Source: Octopus sinensis (lineage: Eukaryota). From it: DNA of 64,000 bases. Under the pieces are notes generated by a model that searched no databases, was not told where the DNA came from, and worked only from the letters and a program-made list of their open reading frames with translations. Both the position numbers and the translations under genes were made by a program. The DNA lies in the NCBI RefSeq assembly GCF_006345805.1, contig NC_043006.1, positions 6,510,001 through 6,574,000 on the forward strand, written 5' to 3'. Positions 25,337 to 38,709 of this stretch are shown here, one piece after another (within the stretch, counting starts at the first letter, position 1; each line of letters begins with the position of its first letter).

Positions 25337-25723
25337 CTAGCAGTATCGACCGGCGTTGCTCGGGTTTGTAAGGGAAATAACTATATAAGCATTTTTAGAG
25401 ATGTAAAGTATAATAGCCATCTCAATATGGCTAACGCCAAAGGGGGGGGGGGTTACTGTAGCTTTTTACGTTCTGAGATTTAATAATAAATTTTTAGAGA
25501 GTTATATATGCAAAAAATGCATTAAAAATGGGGAAAATTGATGGTAATTTTTTTAAAATCGTAGACTCATCGTAGACGCGCGCTAATACCCAGAAGGGCT
25601 CGATATGAATCACGACTATAAGATACCCGGTTTTGGTTAAACTGCACCGCAAAATGTGGGAGTAGTTAGGAATCTAAATCGTAGGAGACAGACAGCACAC
25701 AGCCTCACTTTTATATATAAAGA
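25337..25723 (-). mobile_element. Non-autonomous Helitron-like element
   Basis: Minus strand: A|TC start, GTCTGTCT tract, subterminal hairpin CCCGAGCAACGCCGG, CTAG|T end. Confidence 0.7.
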
Positions 25724-28454
25724 TATAATGCGTCACGATATTTTTTTCTGATTATGGAAGACGCTGCTGATGTTATTCTTATTGTGTTCTCTCCAATGAA
25801 AGTAGAAAATATGCTGGAATTTTGGTGATACAAGAAGCGGAAATGATAACAATATTTATATGTGATATCAATCTTCACACCGCAAATATCACCAAACTGA
25901 GCAATCATTTCTAAGTTTCAATTCCTCAATTTCAAAACACTACTTACTTTAGCAGAGAACCACTTACCATTATCCACTCGAAAGTCTTTTAAATAGAAAG
26001 AAAAAGCCTGCCTTCATATACTGCACTGTTCCAATCATATGTTTATCCAGCTGTATGCAATTGTATGACGTCTCGTCAAAGATATCCCTGCGTCATTAGG
26101 TTAAATAGGTCACGATTTTGTAAGGACTTTTATGCAGAATTTCACTTTTCTAAACACCTTTTCACGCAGAGAGTTAGCTAAGCATAATCTTGACATCTAA
26201 TACATTGCCCGAAATAATTCCATGACAAAATCACCAAAAGAAAGCTAAAACATGTATCAAAGAAACACTATCTACACTAAAACGCGAAGGGAAATTTATT
26301 CATCAAAATCGATAAAGTTTGTAGGTCATGCAATATCCGATTTTCATCTAGTGCATTGCATGGAGGCTACGCTTACTTTTCATGACCAGATATTATCTTC
26401 GCTATATCTGATCAGTTGGTTAATATATTTCCAAGTTATCCGAGACTTATATTCACGCATCGACCAAAGGACAGGAAGGTAGTTACTGGTAAATTCAATT
26501 ATCTTTGATCGCAGCACCTTTATTCTAATGGATTACAGTCACCAATTCTAGACGAGCTGATTTTCTTCTTTCGGTGACTAAAAGAAGATAACGACATCTT
26601 CAATTTATTTATTGTTTTTGTGCATTCCATCTGCAGATACTCTCAAAACTTTACTAATACTCTTATGCTTCTTCTTGCTTGACTTCACGTCTGGAATTAC
26701 AAAATTAAATGGCTGGTACCCAAGAGAATTCCTAAAACTGATCAACCGTTTCACAGAGACTCAAGCACATCAAACCAAGTGTTCTTTTGCTTGATACCAA
26801 GCAAGCCTGTAGAGTATTAAAGGATGTGTACCGTTCTTGATGACGATTAGTTGAAACACCTGTGTAGGCTTTATGGGATGATTATTCACAGTAAATTTCA
26901 ACTATTTAAATCTAGTACATCTCATTTTCGTCAGAGTCTATTATAGTTATTGATTGGATTTAAATGGAGTCGAGATCCATTTGCAGCACATATATTCGAC
27001 GAATGCATTTGTCCTACACTTATGCCAATTATCCCAAGGAATAAGTAGTAATGCATTCTAATTCAGAACGTACAGAAATCAGATTAAACTTTATAAAGCG
27101 TTAATCGGTCTTACATTTTGTCAACTTCAAATTGCACTTATAAGAAAATTTGCTCACAATAATTTAATTATGTCCTACTGATGGTAAATCTGAATGGTCA
27201 TACAAATGTTCTAAGTTTACATTGAGAGAAATTCTATTGAAACAAATTTATATTAACTATTACTGACTTCATATTTGATGATATGATATCGAAGGCTCTT
27301 ACAGTAAAACATTAATACAATTGCAAAACACTACTAGCATGAAAATATATTATACTGTATTCTGTAATATTCTGTCGTTTTAGATTTGACAAGAACATTA
27401 CAGTGTGGAATAAGTGGGCCACTGACTATCAGAAATATAAAGCTCCAGCTGATACTTAGTTGTACGTTTTATATCTCGAGTTCTCTCCATGATGAGCATG
27501 AAAAATAACAGAAATAATGTTTCATCTATACCATAGGAATCTACGCCCTCACATTCATATAAAAATTATCAAAACACACACGTCTGTCAAAAAATATTAT
27601 TTTAGACATTTCTTCGAGCATATTCCAAGTAATATTGCATTTTGGTCCAGAAAATATCCAAATTGCAACTGTGATATTTCTCGACTGTCATCATCCTCAT
27701 TTTTTATGCATAACGTGAATGGAATTATCCGAATGGTATTGCGTACTAGCAAGAATTTGCGTAAATATTTACCTCTATTATATCTTATGTAGTGGTGGTA
27801 ATTTATGAAAATAAAATTAGTATATAATAATGTTACAAATAACAGAAATATTTACTGAAATAAACGTGCAGAAATAGCTTTCAGAATGTTTGGTATTGTA
27901 TTATGTCATTTTGAAAAACCAGCCTGTTGTGTATCCATTTATTCTAAGACTAATATGTGCGTTTAAACCTTCTGTTTAAAACATATATTGACGCCCACAA
28001 ACAAAAGCAAGTGCAGACACGCTCTCTCTCTCTCTTTCTCATTATCTTTATATTTTGTGCGTACATATAAAGATATATGTATAGAGAGAGAGAGAGAGAG
28101 AGAGACAAAAGAGAGAGAGAGAGAGAGAGAGAGGAAGAGAGAGAGGAAGAGAGAGAGAGAGAGGGAGATGGGCAAGTGAGTAGAAAGATAGACAGAGAGA
28201 CAGACCGATAGAAAAACAGACAGACAGATAGACAGATTGATAGATAGATAGATAAGTAGGAGTAGGTAGATAGGTAGATACATACATACATACATACATT
28301 CATATATAATTAGATAGACTCAATGGCATTTATATTGCTATATGTATTTAGTCAGGTAGGTGTAGCTACATAGCTATGGATATGCAATATATATGTGCGT
28401 ATATGCGTATGCATATATATAATTGTGTGTTTGTACGTGAGTGTGTGTAAAAAT

Positions 28455-29000
28455 CCAAATATATGAACAAGCCAAAACTACGTACCGTATCAAAATTATC
28501 TAGTGAAATTTTGGAAACGATATTTAGATGACTAATTCTTTATATAGATATACAACCTGGATGAAATGAAAGAACTCAAATTTCTAATCAATAGCATTGA
28601 TAACAGTATTCAGTTGTCCATGGAATTTAACCATAACCAAATACCCGTCTTAAAAATTTTCATCATTTAGAATGACATGAACATAGAAACCGACATCTAA
28701 GACAAAGCAAAGTACTCTAAACACTACTTAAAATTTTCTTCACTGCTGCTCAAGACATATCAATTCCAATATTTCGTTTTTACCTAGCAAGAATACTTCG
28801 AATAATTGTTTATAATCCGGGTGTTCAGAATGAAAGACTTCTTAAATTAAAACAGGTATTATTGAAAGAAAGTATTCGTGTTCTCTGTTACCGAACGGAA
28901 TAGAACGCGCCACAGCAGTAGACATTGTCGTCGAATTAAGAAAAAACCCAGAAACAGTTTAGAACACACAGAACTTTTAACTCGTTACAACACCTAACAC
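28455..29000 (+). pseudogene. Penelope-like reverse transcriptase relic
   Basis: WKRYLDD*FF (YxDD), LINSIDNSIQLSME, IETDI, FYLARILRIIV...ERLLKLKQVLL; stops and frameshifts. Confidence 0.75.
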
Positions 29001-29532
29001 ATTCACAATTGGACATCAAAATATACTATCACCAGAACCCTGAAATCGCTATTATTGTAATCAAAACACAGCCTTGGTTTGGCACATTTGTATTGTCCTA
29101 TACAAACATTGTCATCCCACCTACTACAGCGCTTCGTGTATTAAAAATCAAATCTGAAATGAAGCTAAACAAACTACAAACTTCGTATCCACAATGGTCT
29201 ACCGACATATTCCCATCTACACTCAGCGTGAGCATCTTTGCAATTATCCTAAGTACTTGATATTTTACCTAACTCTTATCTCGACCCTTTTGACATTTAT
29301 CTCATTTTTAGCCAAAGAGATAATTCATTCCCACTTTCGATACTCTTCAACTCAGGATCGATGCAGACAGTCCCATTTATTTTCATATTTAGGTTCTTTT
29401 GTTATTTCACTTAAACAGACGCACAAGTAATATACATTTCAAGAAAGATATTTTTTACCTGAGATATTTGTTTAAAACATAATGATACAGATGTTAACAG
29501 AAACTAATAAATCGTTATCAAAAGTACTCTAG

Positions 29533-29570
<38 letters not shown>

Positions 29571-29573
<3 letters not shown>

Positions 29574-29665
29574 CCTTTTTCTGTTCCTGAGCGTTATACT
29601 AATACATATGTTTGTTTTGTACGCCGCCTGTCTTCGTCTTTTGTTCTTTTCGTAAACTCTCCCTA
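29571..29665 (+). mobile_element. 5'-truncated copy of the 2925 PLE-like family, lacking the hammerhead
   Basis: Matches 3027-3125. Confidence 0.6.
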
Positions 29666-29674
29666 TATATATAT

Positions 29675-29762
<88 letters not shown>

Positions 29763-29797
29763 ATATAATTCTACATTTTAAAAGTTATTAATATAAC

Positions 29798-29984
29798 GCA
29801 GGAGTGGCTGTGTGGTAAGTAGCTTGCTTACCAACCACATGGTTCCGGGTTCAGTCCCACTGCGTGGCACCTTGGGCAAGTGTCTTCTACTATAGCCTCG
29901 GGCCGACCAAAGCCTGTGAGTGGATTTGGTAGACGGAAACTGAAAGAAGTCCGTCGATATATATATGTATACATATATATAAAT

Positions 29985-30029
<45 letters not shown>

Positions 30030-30253
30030 TTGTGTGTTTGTGTTTGTCCCCCAACATCGCTTGACAACCGATGCTGGTGTGTTTACGTCCCCGTAACTTA
30101 GCGGTTTGATAAAATGAGACTGATAGAATAACTACTAGGCTTACAAAGAATAAGTCCTGGGGTCGATTTGATCGGCTAAAGGCGATGCTCCAGCATGGCC
30201 GCAGTCAAATGACTGAAACAAGTAAAAGAGAGTAAAAAGAGAGTAAAAAGAGG
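29798..30253 (+). mobile_element. CORE-type SINE, family B
   Basis: Full-length match to 17729-18122. Confidence 0.88.
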
Positions 30254-30413
30254 GTATATATACTTATTATAGATATATACTGTTACGCAGCGTGACTTGA
30301 CTGTGATGAAAAACACCATCATTTGACTACACAGATTTGGGTTCGACTAAATGTATAAAATTCGACGAGTGCATTCCATCATAGCCGCAGTTTCGGCAGC
30401 AATTTCGCAGCCT

Positions 30414-31298
30414 GTATGTATGTATGTATGTATGTATGCATGCATGCATGTATGTATGTATGTATGTATGTATTACGTATGTCTATGTATGTGTGTATGT
30501 GTGTATGTATGTATGTGTGTATGTATGTATGTATGTATGTCTGTGTGTGTGTGTATGTATGTATGTGTGGTATGTATTACGTATGTATGTGTGTATGGTG
30601 TTGTATGTATGTATGTATGTATGTATGTATGTTGTTGTGATGTATGTATGTATGTATATATGTATGTATGTATGTATGTGTGTGTGTGTATGTATGTATG
30701 TATGTATGTGTGTATGTATGTATGTATGTATGTATGTATGTGTGTATGTATGTAAGTATGCATGTATGTATGTATGTATGTATGTATGTATGTGTGTATT
30801 GCGTATGTATGTATGTATGTATGTGTGTGTGTATGTTGTATGTATGTATTTGTATTTATTTGTATGTATGTATGTATGTATGTATGTATTATGTATGTAT
30901 GTATGTATGTATGTATGTAGGTATGTATGTATGTGTTATGTATGTATGTGTTATGTATGATGTATTATGTATGTATTATGTATGTGTATGTATGTATGTG
31001 TTATGTATGTATGTGTTATGTATGTATGTGTTATGTATGTATGCATGTATGTCATTATTCAGTTTATTTCAAGATTTCTTGCCAATAGAGAAAGAACCGG
31101 TTTCTAACCTAGATCCAAGGCTCCTTCATTGGAATTTCAGCATCAATAACATGGCATTTTTGTATGTATGTATGTATGTATGTATGTTATGTATGTATGT
31201 ATGTATGTATGTATGCATGTATGCATGTGTGCATGTATGTATGTATGTATGCATGCATGTGTGTATGTATGTATGTATGTATGCATGTGTGTATGTAT
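30414..31298. repeat. Long imperfect (TATG)n microsatellite
   Basis: Direct inspection; interrupted by a 111-bp unique insert. Confidence 0.95.
31051..31161 (-). mobile_element. Short unique insert within (ATAC)n, probably a truncated retroposon 3' end
   Basis: Microsatellite on both sides; minus strand ends AATAAACTGAATAATGAC(ATAC)n. Confidence 0.45.
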
Positions 31299-31794
31299 GA
31301 GCAGATTTGTATGTTTTATGCATGAATTCTCATGCATATAGTTGCATATCTAGACATGCTTATATATGTAGGGGACTGGAAGAAAGATGTGATATCAATT
31401 CGATATGATGTAAGCCTACCACTGGATGTAGCGTGTAGATGTAACGCATAGCGGGAAAGGTATAGCAAAATATGGTGAGGCAGCAGACGAAATAGGCATG
31501 TGGACGACGTCGATGTAAAACAATAGGAAGACATCGGATTGTAGTTTAAATCTTTTATTTAAACTACACTTGCATTTACTTGTTGTATACACCAAAAATT
31601 TCACTACATCACATTACCAACTTACATCGATCTGGCGAAGAAGAAATTAACAGGGTAAATACTGTGTCGATATGATAGGGTGGAATCGGGCATGTTTTGT
31701 GTCTGTGTGAGCATTGGTCATTCAGTGGTGTCTGTTTATGTTCTGCGTCTGGTACTGTGCTGGGTCGTTCATGCTGACTATCTGGTTCTGTGTT

Positions 31795-31898
31795 GCTTAC
31801 AAAGAATAAGTCCTGGGGTCGATTTGCTCAGCTAAAGGCGGTGCTCCAGCATGGCCGCAGTCAAATGACTGAAACAAGTAAAAGAGAGTAAAAAGAGG
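31795..31898 (+). mobile_element. SINE family B 3' fragment
   Basis: Matches 30139-30253. Confidence 0.8.
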
Positions 31899-32269
31899 GT
31901 ATATATACTTTTTACTCTGATGAAGTTACTTGCTGGCCGTCTCGCCTCTGGCCATCTCTCTCTCTCTCTCTTTCTTTCTTTCTCTCTCTCTCTCTCTCTC
32001 TGTAGCTATTGCTCTCCCTCTCGTCCTTGGGCGGATTGCTGTATTTATAATGATCGTGACAGCTAGAAGGACAGACATACCACAGGCGAAATTCCTACAT
32101 GTGTAGGTCGCCTTCTGTCCACTTGACCCTTAAATGACACGGCTGAGGTCGAAGGTGGAAGGGAAACCACCTATCATTTTTTAAGAGGACAAAGAATTTT
32201 CTTTTGCACCTCCTTGGTCAGTGGTGGATCAAACGAGCGAGAATCCTTAGATTCGGTTTCGAATAACAG

Positions 32270-32995
32270 CTCGGAAAAAGGAAGTGTTATTTTTTACATA
32301 TATATTTAAATGATAAACTTCTGGAAAGTTTTACAGATTGTTATACTTCCAGTGATGGATCGGGACTGTAGTCTTCGAATTAACTTTCTCCTTTCTGGTT
32401 TTGAGAATCTTAATTTCTCAAGATTGGTATTTAGGCAGTGTGTTACACGTCTCAGGGCCCTAATAATTACAGGCATAAACCTGAACTTGTAATCTGGATA
32501 GAGTAACTGCAGATTTCTCAATAGTTCAGCATAGGTGATCTCTTTTCCACTGATCTTCAGCTTTATGTTAACATCCGCTGGGAGAGCTAATTTCCACGGC
32601 GGTGCACAGTTTATCTTCTCAATCCCAAATTATCATATCAGGTCTGTTGTTCTTACATTTTACTGATGTTTTCACTGGTACATTCCACCAGTATTCCTTG
32701 TTATTATGAGTGGCCATGGCTTCTGCCATATTGTGGATTCTTATTTCTTTGTCCTCGTGATTATCCTTCCGACAGATTTCATTATAGAATGTCCTACCTA
32801 CAACGTCATGTCTCATCAGTAGATAATACCGCGATGGCATTTTTGGACAACTGCTTATGATGTGGGTGATATCATCAGCGTGATCACCACAAAGTCTGCA
32901 TCGGTTGTCACACTTTACAGCTTTACCTACATCTCTATCCCTTTTGTGTATCAGGTACTTGTTTGATATTTCCTGTTCCTGGACTACAAACGCAT
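32270..32995 (-). mobile_element. 5'-truncated R4/Dong-type non-LTR retrotransposon (CCHC plus restriction-like endonuclease)
   Basis: QEQEI, CRLCGDHADDITHIISSC, RHDVVG, NRPDMIIWD, then YAELLRNLQLLYPDYKFRFMPVII; 5' junction in (ATAC)n. Confidence 0.85.
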
Positions 32996-33329
32996 ATGTA
33001 TGTACGTTCGTACGTATGTATATATGTATGTGTGTATGTTTGCATGCATGTATGTATTTATGCACATATGCTTGGAGTTAGGTAAGTATATGTGTTTTGA
33101 TGTATATATGAGTATGTGTGCGTGTGTGTGCGTGTGTGTGTTGTGTGTGTTTGTGTTCTGTATGTGTGTGTTTGTGTGTGTGTCTGTGAGTGTGTAATTA
33201 ATTGTAGTACTACGTATGACTTCAGAGAATCGTGTGTCTATCCTCTTACAGACTCGGTTAACAGTTCACATCGTTCAGATTTGTAATCCGATGCCGAAAA
33301 GTATAACATAGCGTGCCCATGAAGCCGAA

Positions 33330-33895
33330 ATCCAGAAGTTCCGATCCATGAAATGGTCTAATGAGGAGTAAATAAGCCGTAAATTGTCAGCCAGCTTGAG
33401 TTTATTTTTCAACGAAGACCCCCGACATGAAAAATCTCTTGACTGTCGCAGTGATCATGACGTCATGTCTGCTATTGATGATTGTTTTGACCAGAAGGAT
33501 CAACGCTTCTACAGCAATGGGATCCAAATACTGCAACGCGGATAGATGAAAGGTGTGAACCTCAATGAGGACTATGTTGAAACATAAATCTGTTCTTTAG
33601 GACAATGCTCCAGATCACATGCCATTGGTTTCAATGCTACTGTCCGTGTGGCTTTGAACTGGTTGATCACGTCCCTATTCTTGAGATTTAGACCCATCTG
33701 ACTATCATCTGTTCCTCAACAGGAAAAATCTCTTGGCTGGAAAGCACTGTCGCACTGATCATGACGTCACATCTATTGCTGGTGACTATTTTGACTAATT
33801 GGGTTAAAACTTCTACAGCAATGGGATCCAAGCACCGTAATGCCGATAGAGGAAATGTGTTTAATCTCAAAGAGGATTATGTTGAAAGATAAACA
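33330..33895 (+). mobile_element. Two tandem decayed mariner transposase C-terminal fragments
   Basis: FYSNGIQ...DYVE twice; DLDPSDYHLFLN in the second. Confidence 0.65.
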
Positions 33896-34623
33896 TTATT
33901 TGGTCACATTCCATAAAGAATATTGGTCAGCCTCTGAACTTCTCCACCGATCATCACAGATAGATAGATAGATAAACACATTAACAGACAGATACGACGT
34001 TTTTTTTTTCGATTTCGTCCAGCAAATTTACTCATTAGTGTTTGATAGGGCCAGCCTTGTCAAAGTTGCTATGCAATTGTACTGAACCTGAAACCAAAGG
34101 ACTAGAAAACATATTTTATACCACACCAGCATCGAAGAAATGTTTGAGCTGTCGAATTTCTCACTAAAAATATGGAATAAAGTTTATGTTTCTGATTTAC
34201 ACACTAATACAGTCCTTAATGATATCCGATTATCATTTTTCATTAACCGACGCACCAAGAGCTTCTGGTAATTAATGCGAGCACAGATTCTTGGGTAATC
34301 CAAGTTAGGACATATAAATATGTGCAATTATTTGTAGCATAAAATTGCAATATATTTTTTTAGAAAAACCGCCGATGTGCATCGATAAATTGCAATAGAG
34401 ATTGCACTGCATATTTGCTTTTCAGTATTTCCGGAGAATATTGAGAAGTCTATCATTGTGATAATTTCCACCTTTTCTTTTAATTTGGATCACGTGTAGC
34501 TAATAAATGTTCACTGAGTCTCGACATGAAACAATATATTAAAGGCACAAATTCTGTCGAGTGTGACTCTTGAAAATATAACTTTTGAATAACTAAATTT
34601 ACATTTCCTGTAAGAAGTGTAGA

Positions 34624-35062
34624 TCTCTCTCTATATAAACGGCAGTTTGTCTGTCTGTGTGTCTGTGTGTCTGTCAGGTTGTACCCTCACCCTGACCACG
34701 GCTTTCAACTGATTCTGCTGAAACTTGACACACACATAGCCCAATGTCATAATTCAAAACTAACGCAGTGAAAATTTTGAAAAGTTCCCCCAGTTCTGAA
34801 AAAATCAATAAATTTGACATGGGGTCGAGAATCTAAGCTTTTTATATGCAACACATTTTCTGTCTAGGGGACTCAACTAGACCTTTTTATCGCCCAAAGG
34901 GACAGCTAGGAACATCGTATACACAGAAGTATTCGAGTGAAGAGAAGACATTGCAACCTACACATGCGCCTTCGTTCCCTAGAGGGAAAGGACTAGATTG
35001 GGATTAGTCGTTGCCTACTAGGGGCTCTTACATACCCGGGCAACGCCGGGCTATGCTGCTAG
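34624..35062 (+). mobile_element. Non-autonomous Helitron-like element
   Basis: A|TC start, GTCT tract, hairpin CCCGGGCAACGCCGGG, CTAG|T end. Confidence 0.75.
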
Positions 35063-35340
35063 TATTTAATATTTGAGAAACCCTTCCTGCAATGTGTTGC
35101 TAAATCTATGTCTTCTATATGTCATTGGCGGGGAATATTTATTCCAGGCTGACTAGTATTGAATATTATACATTACGTGGATCACTCAATGTGTACATTT
35201 GTTCTGCAATTGATTATACAGCAAATGCAATTTTCACCAATACCAATATTACGAATGTAGATTTCTTACTTCCTTAGAATCTTACATATAATTTTACGTT
35301 TATATATTTGTTTTGCAAGATTTTTTATGTGAAATCGTGA

Positions 35341-35692
35341 GTTGAAACAGATATTGTTGTATTTAGGAATGGTCATTTTGCCAGTTCAGCCAATAAAAAT
35401 ATTACAGGTATTCCCCCCCCACACACACTAACTAAACATAGACGCACATAGAGATATACGCATGTGCAAATGAAGACACGTACAATAGAAATACAAAATG
35501 GCTGACGGTTAGTAAGGAGAGACACACAAATAAGAAAGAAGAAAGCAAAGGACCACTGATGCGGTCTCAGGAGTGTGACGAAAGAACTCTGGCCGAAATA
35601 AAATTAAGATTAACGTAAAAATATATAACGCTGAAGCAAAGTAACACCAAATATATAGTGGGAGTGTGTTTATTGGCTAAACAGGCAAAATA
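35341..35692 (+). mobile_element. Second copy of the 404-717 PLE-like family
   Basis: Inverted tail at 35341-35399, then body; hammerhead region at 35550-35594. Confidence 0.7.
35550..35594 (+). ncRNA. Degenerate hammerhead (core CUGAUGC, stem mismatches)
   Basis: GGACCA-CUGAUGC-G-GUCUCA-GGAG-UGUGAC-GAAA-GAA-CUC-UGGCC. Confidence 0.35.
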
Positions 35693-36909
35693 CTTACATA
35701 TAATTGTATTTCATATATTATACAATATGTTTTATTCCTCAAAATACCAAGTTTTATGCGAGATCTTCTTTCGTGTCGAAATCACCTGTAATCCATGAGA
35801 TACATTTTAAAACTTTTCAATTAACTATTATTAAGATTATCGATTTCCATGGCTTATTGTTTAATTCAATGCTTTTGATCTCTTCTATCAACATTACTAA
35901 CAAGTAAGCTACCAGGGATTATTCAATTACTGATGCATTTCAGCTGTAGAAGACGAATACTGAATCAGTTGCCAATTGATTCACTGAATTCTAGTGACTT
36001 GATGTGCACAAATTGTTACCGCTCCGTTTATCCATTCGTCTTCCATGAATTTCCATTCTAGTCGAGTACGTTAGAATGCAATTCAAGGAAAATTGCGGAA
36101 AGCAATAAGAGAATTGAGACTTGACGATAATGAATTTCATGTCCTTCCATATTAATTGTGCTACATTATAACAACGGGCAGCTGTCAGATTTACATTCCT
36201 TACACATCGTTGAAAGGAAATTATTCCAATATATTTTGACCCTAACCTGTTTGGCTGTATAACAGTAAACAAAGGACGCTGTGGGTAAAGCATACCGTAG
36301 TTATTGTTTGCTTATTCAGCCAAGAAATGACTTATATCGATCTCATGTAACTAAACCCCCCTACTTCCGAAATATACATAGTATGTACGACATTAATGGC
36401 ATTTGCTTGTAAAATCATCTGTTTGTAGAAAAAGATTACGGTAGATGGAGACACAGAGACAAGAGACGGAACGAAAACTTGACAGTGGGAATGAGACAAG
36501 CAATGCTATTTTGTTATTTAGGATGAAGGCTACACGTAAAAGTGATGGTCGTAGTTTAATGGATTTATCTTCGTATATATTTGTTGCTTATTGTCTATAC
36601 AGAAAGAAAATCTGAACTGATAAGCATGGAAACATACGTGGAGAAGGAAAATTAAATATTGTTATGTATTCGACGTGTTACACTAATCAACGACTTATCA
36701 TTAACAAATGACAATATTATTCATGGAAATGTTATTTTTCATGACAAGAAATAGAACAGAAACGTTGATTGTCCGTTCGTTCAAAATTGATTCCTGCTGA
36801 TAAATTCCTATTTACATTTTCTCCAATTTTCTGGGGATTGTTAGAAGACACAGTTGTCTGGAAGCTAATGACCAGTGCTGTAAGCAAGCTGTTTAATTCT
36901 TGTAAAGTA

Positions 36910-36910
<1 letters not shown>

Positions 36911-36948
<38 letters not shown>

Positions 36949-37016
36949 TATTATATATATATATATATATGTAATATATATATATATATATATATAGTAT
37001 ATATATATATATATAT

Positions 37017-37062
<46 letters not shown>

Positions 37063-37075
37063 TATATATGTATAT

Positions 37076-37110
<35 letters not shown>

Positions 37111-37131
37111 TATATATATATATGTATATAT

Positions 37132-37164
<33 letters not shown>

Positions 37165-37175
37165 CTATATATATA

Positions 37176-37246
<71 letters not shown>

Positions 37247-37298
37247 GTATATATATAATATATATATAATATATATATGTATAATATATATATATATA

Positions 37299-37363
<65 letters not shown>
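36911..37363. repeat. Imperfect (TA)n microsatellite
   Basis: Direct inspection. Confidence 0.95.
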
Positions 37364-37364
<1 letters not shown>

Positions 37365-37371
37365 TGCTGAA

Positions 37372-37450
37372 GGAGGCGAGCTGACAGAAACGCTAGCACG
37401 CCTGGCGAAACGCGTAGCCGTATTTCGTCTGCCGTTACTTTCTGAGTTCA
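37372..37450 (+). mobile_element. SINE family D head fragment
   Basis: Matches the 5' part of 37543-37772. Confidence 0.7.
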
Positions 37451-37542
37451 CATCTTGTCATGGCATACTTACAACAAAAAAATATACGAACAATATTCAG
37501 ATTCCTTGTTATACTTATTATATATATTTATATGATTTATAA

Positions 37543-37772
37543 GGCGGCGAGCTGGCAGAAACGTTAGCACGCCGGGCAAAATGCGTAGTCGTATTTCTTC
37601 TGCCGTTACGTTCTGAGTTCAAATTCCGCCGAGGACGACTTTGCCTTTCATCCTTTCGGGGTCGATAAATTATGTACCAGTTACGCACTGAGGTCGATGT
37701 AATCGACTTAATCCGTCTGTCTGTCCTTGTTTGTCCCCTCTGTGTTTAACCCCTTGTTGGTAGTAAAGAAAT
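37543..37772 (+). mobile_element. tRNA-derived SINE, family D, with Deu/Nin-like central domain
   Basis: GGCGGCGAGCTGGCAGAA...GAGTTCAAATTCC; GCCTTTCATCCTTTCGGGGTCGATAAATTATGTACC. Confidence 0.8.
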
Positions 37773-38279
37773 ATATATATATATTGCTGAAGTACTTAAT
37801 GTATTCGAGGAGAGAAAACTGAAATCACATACATTGTTTTTGGCAGCATGCAAACAAAATTATTTAGCATGGTATATTTATACAAAGACAAAATGATTAT
37901 GTATAAAACAGATTTAATTGTATATAAATATATTTGATATGGTTGTATAAAATAGGACACTTAATATTACTTCACATATTACCTAGTCTCTGCAACATTT
38001 TCTTTGGCAGATATTCTAACTTTGCGAAAGTGGTTTTTATCACGCAAGTAAACAAGATATTTGAAGCCATTATTATTAGCTATACCTAGTGTGCTGTGTA
38101 ATACATTTGTGTAATATCAACGCAAACCTGCATAAAGTGTATTGAATTAGACTTACTGTGTGTACTGTTAAATTCCAGATAGAAACCACAATTATTTTGC
38201 TGTAGGTAGGTGTATAACAATTTCAGTGATTCCCTGTGAGTGTTAGAGTTTGATCTCTCAACATCTTTCAATTTAGTGG

Positions 38280-38413
38280 TTCAATTCTCGAAACCACATG
38301 GTTCTGGGTTCAGTCCCTCTGCATGGCACCTTGAGCAAATGTCTTGTACTATAACAGCAAACAGACCAATGGTTTGTGGGTGAATGTATATATATATATA
38401 TATAATATATATA

Positions 38414-38463
<50 letters not shown>

Positions 38464-38620
38464 GCGGGCGCCTTTCAGTTTCCACCGACAAAATGCATTC
38501 AAAAGGCTTCGGTCGACCTGAAGGTATAGTTAGAGAAGACTTAGTTCCACGCCGTTGGACCGAACCCAGAAACATGTGGCTGAAAAGCAAGCATGTAACC
38601 ACGCAGTCACGTCTGCACCT
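38280..38620 (-). mobile_element. Degenerate CORE-type SINE fragments
   Basis: Partial matches to family B. Confidence 0.5.
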
Positions 38621-38709
38621 TAACAGAAAATGTTATTATTACGCATAGGGATTTAACTTTTAACTTCGTCGAACTTTCACAAATGATAAGAACACTATGT
38701 ATATATATA

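Noticed and set aside
30281-32268. Solo LTR suggested by TGTTA...TAACA ends
   Set aside because: No target-site duplication and no PBS or PPT evident
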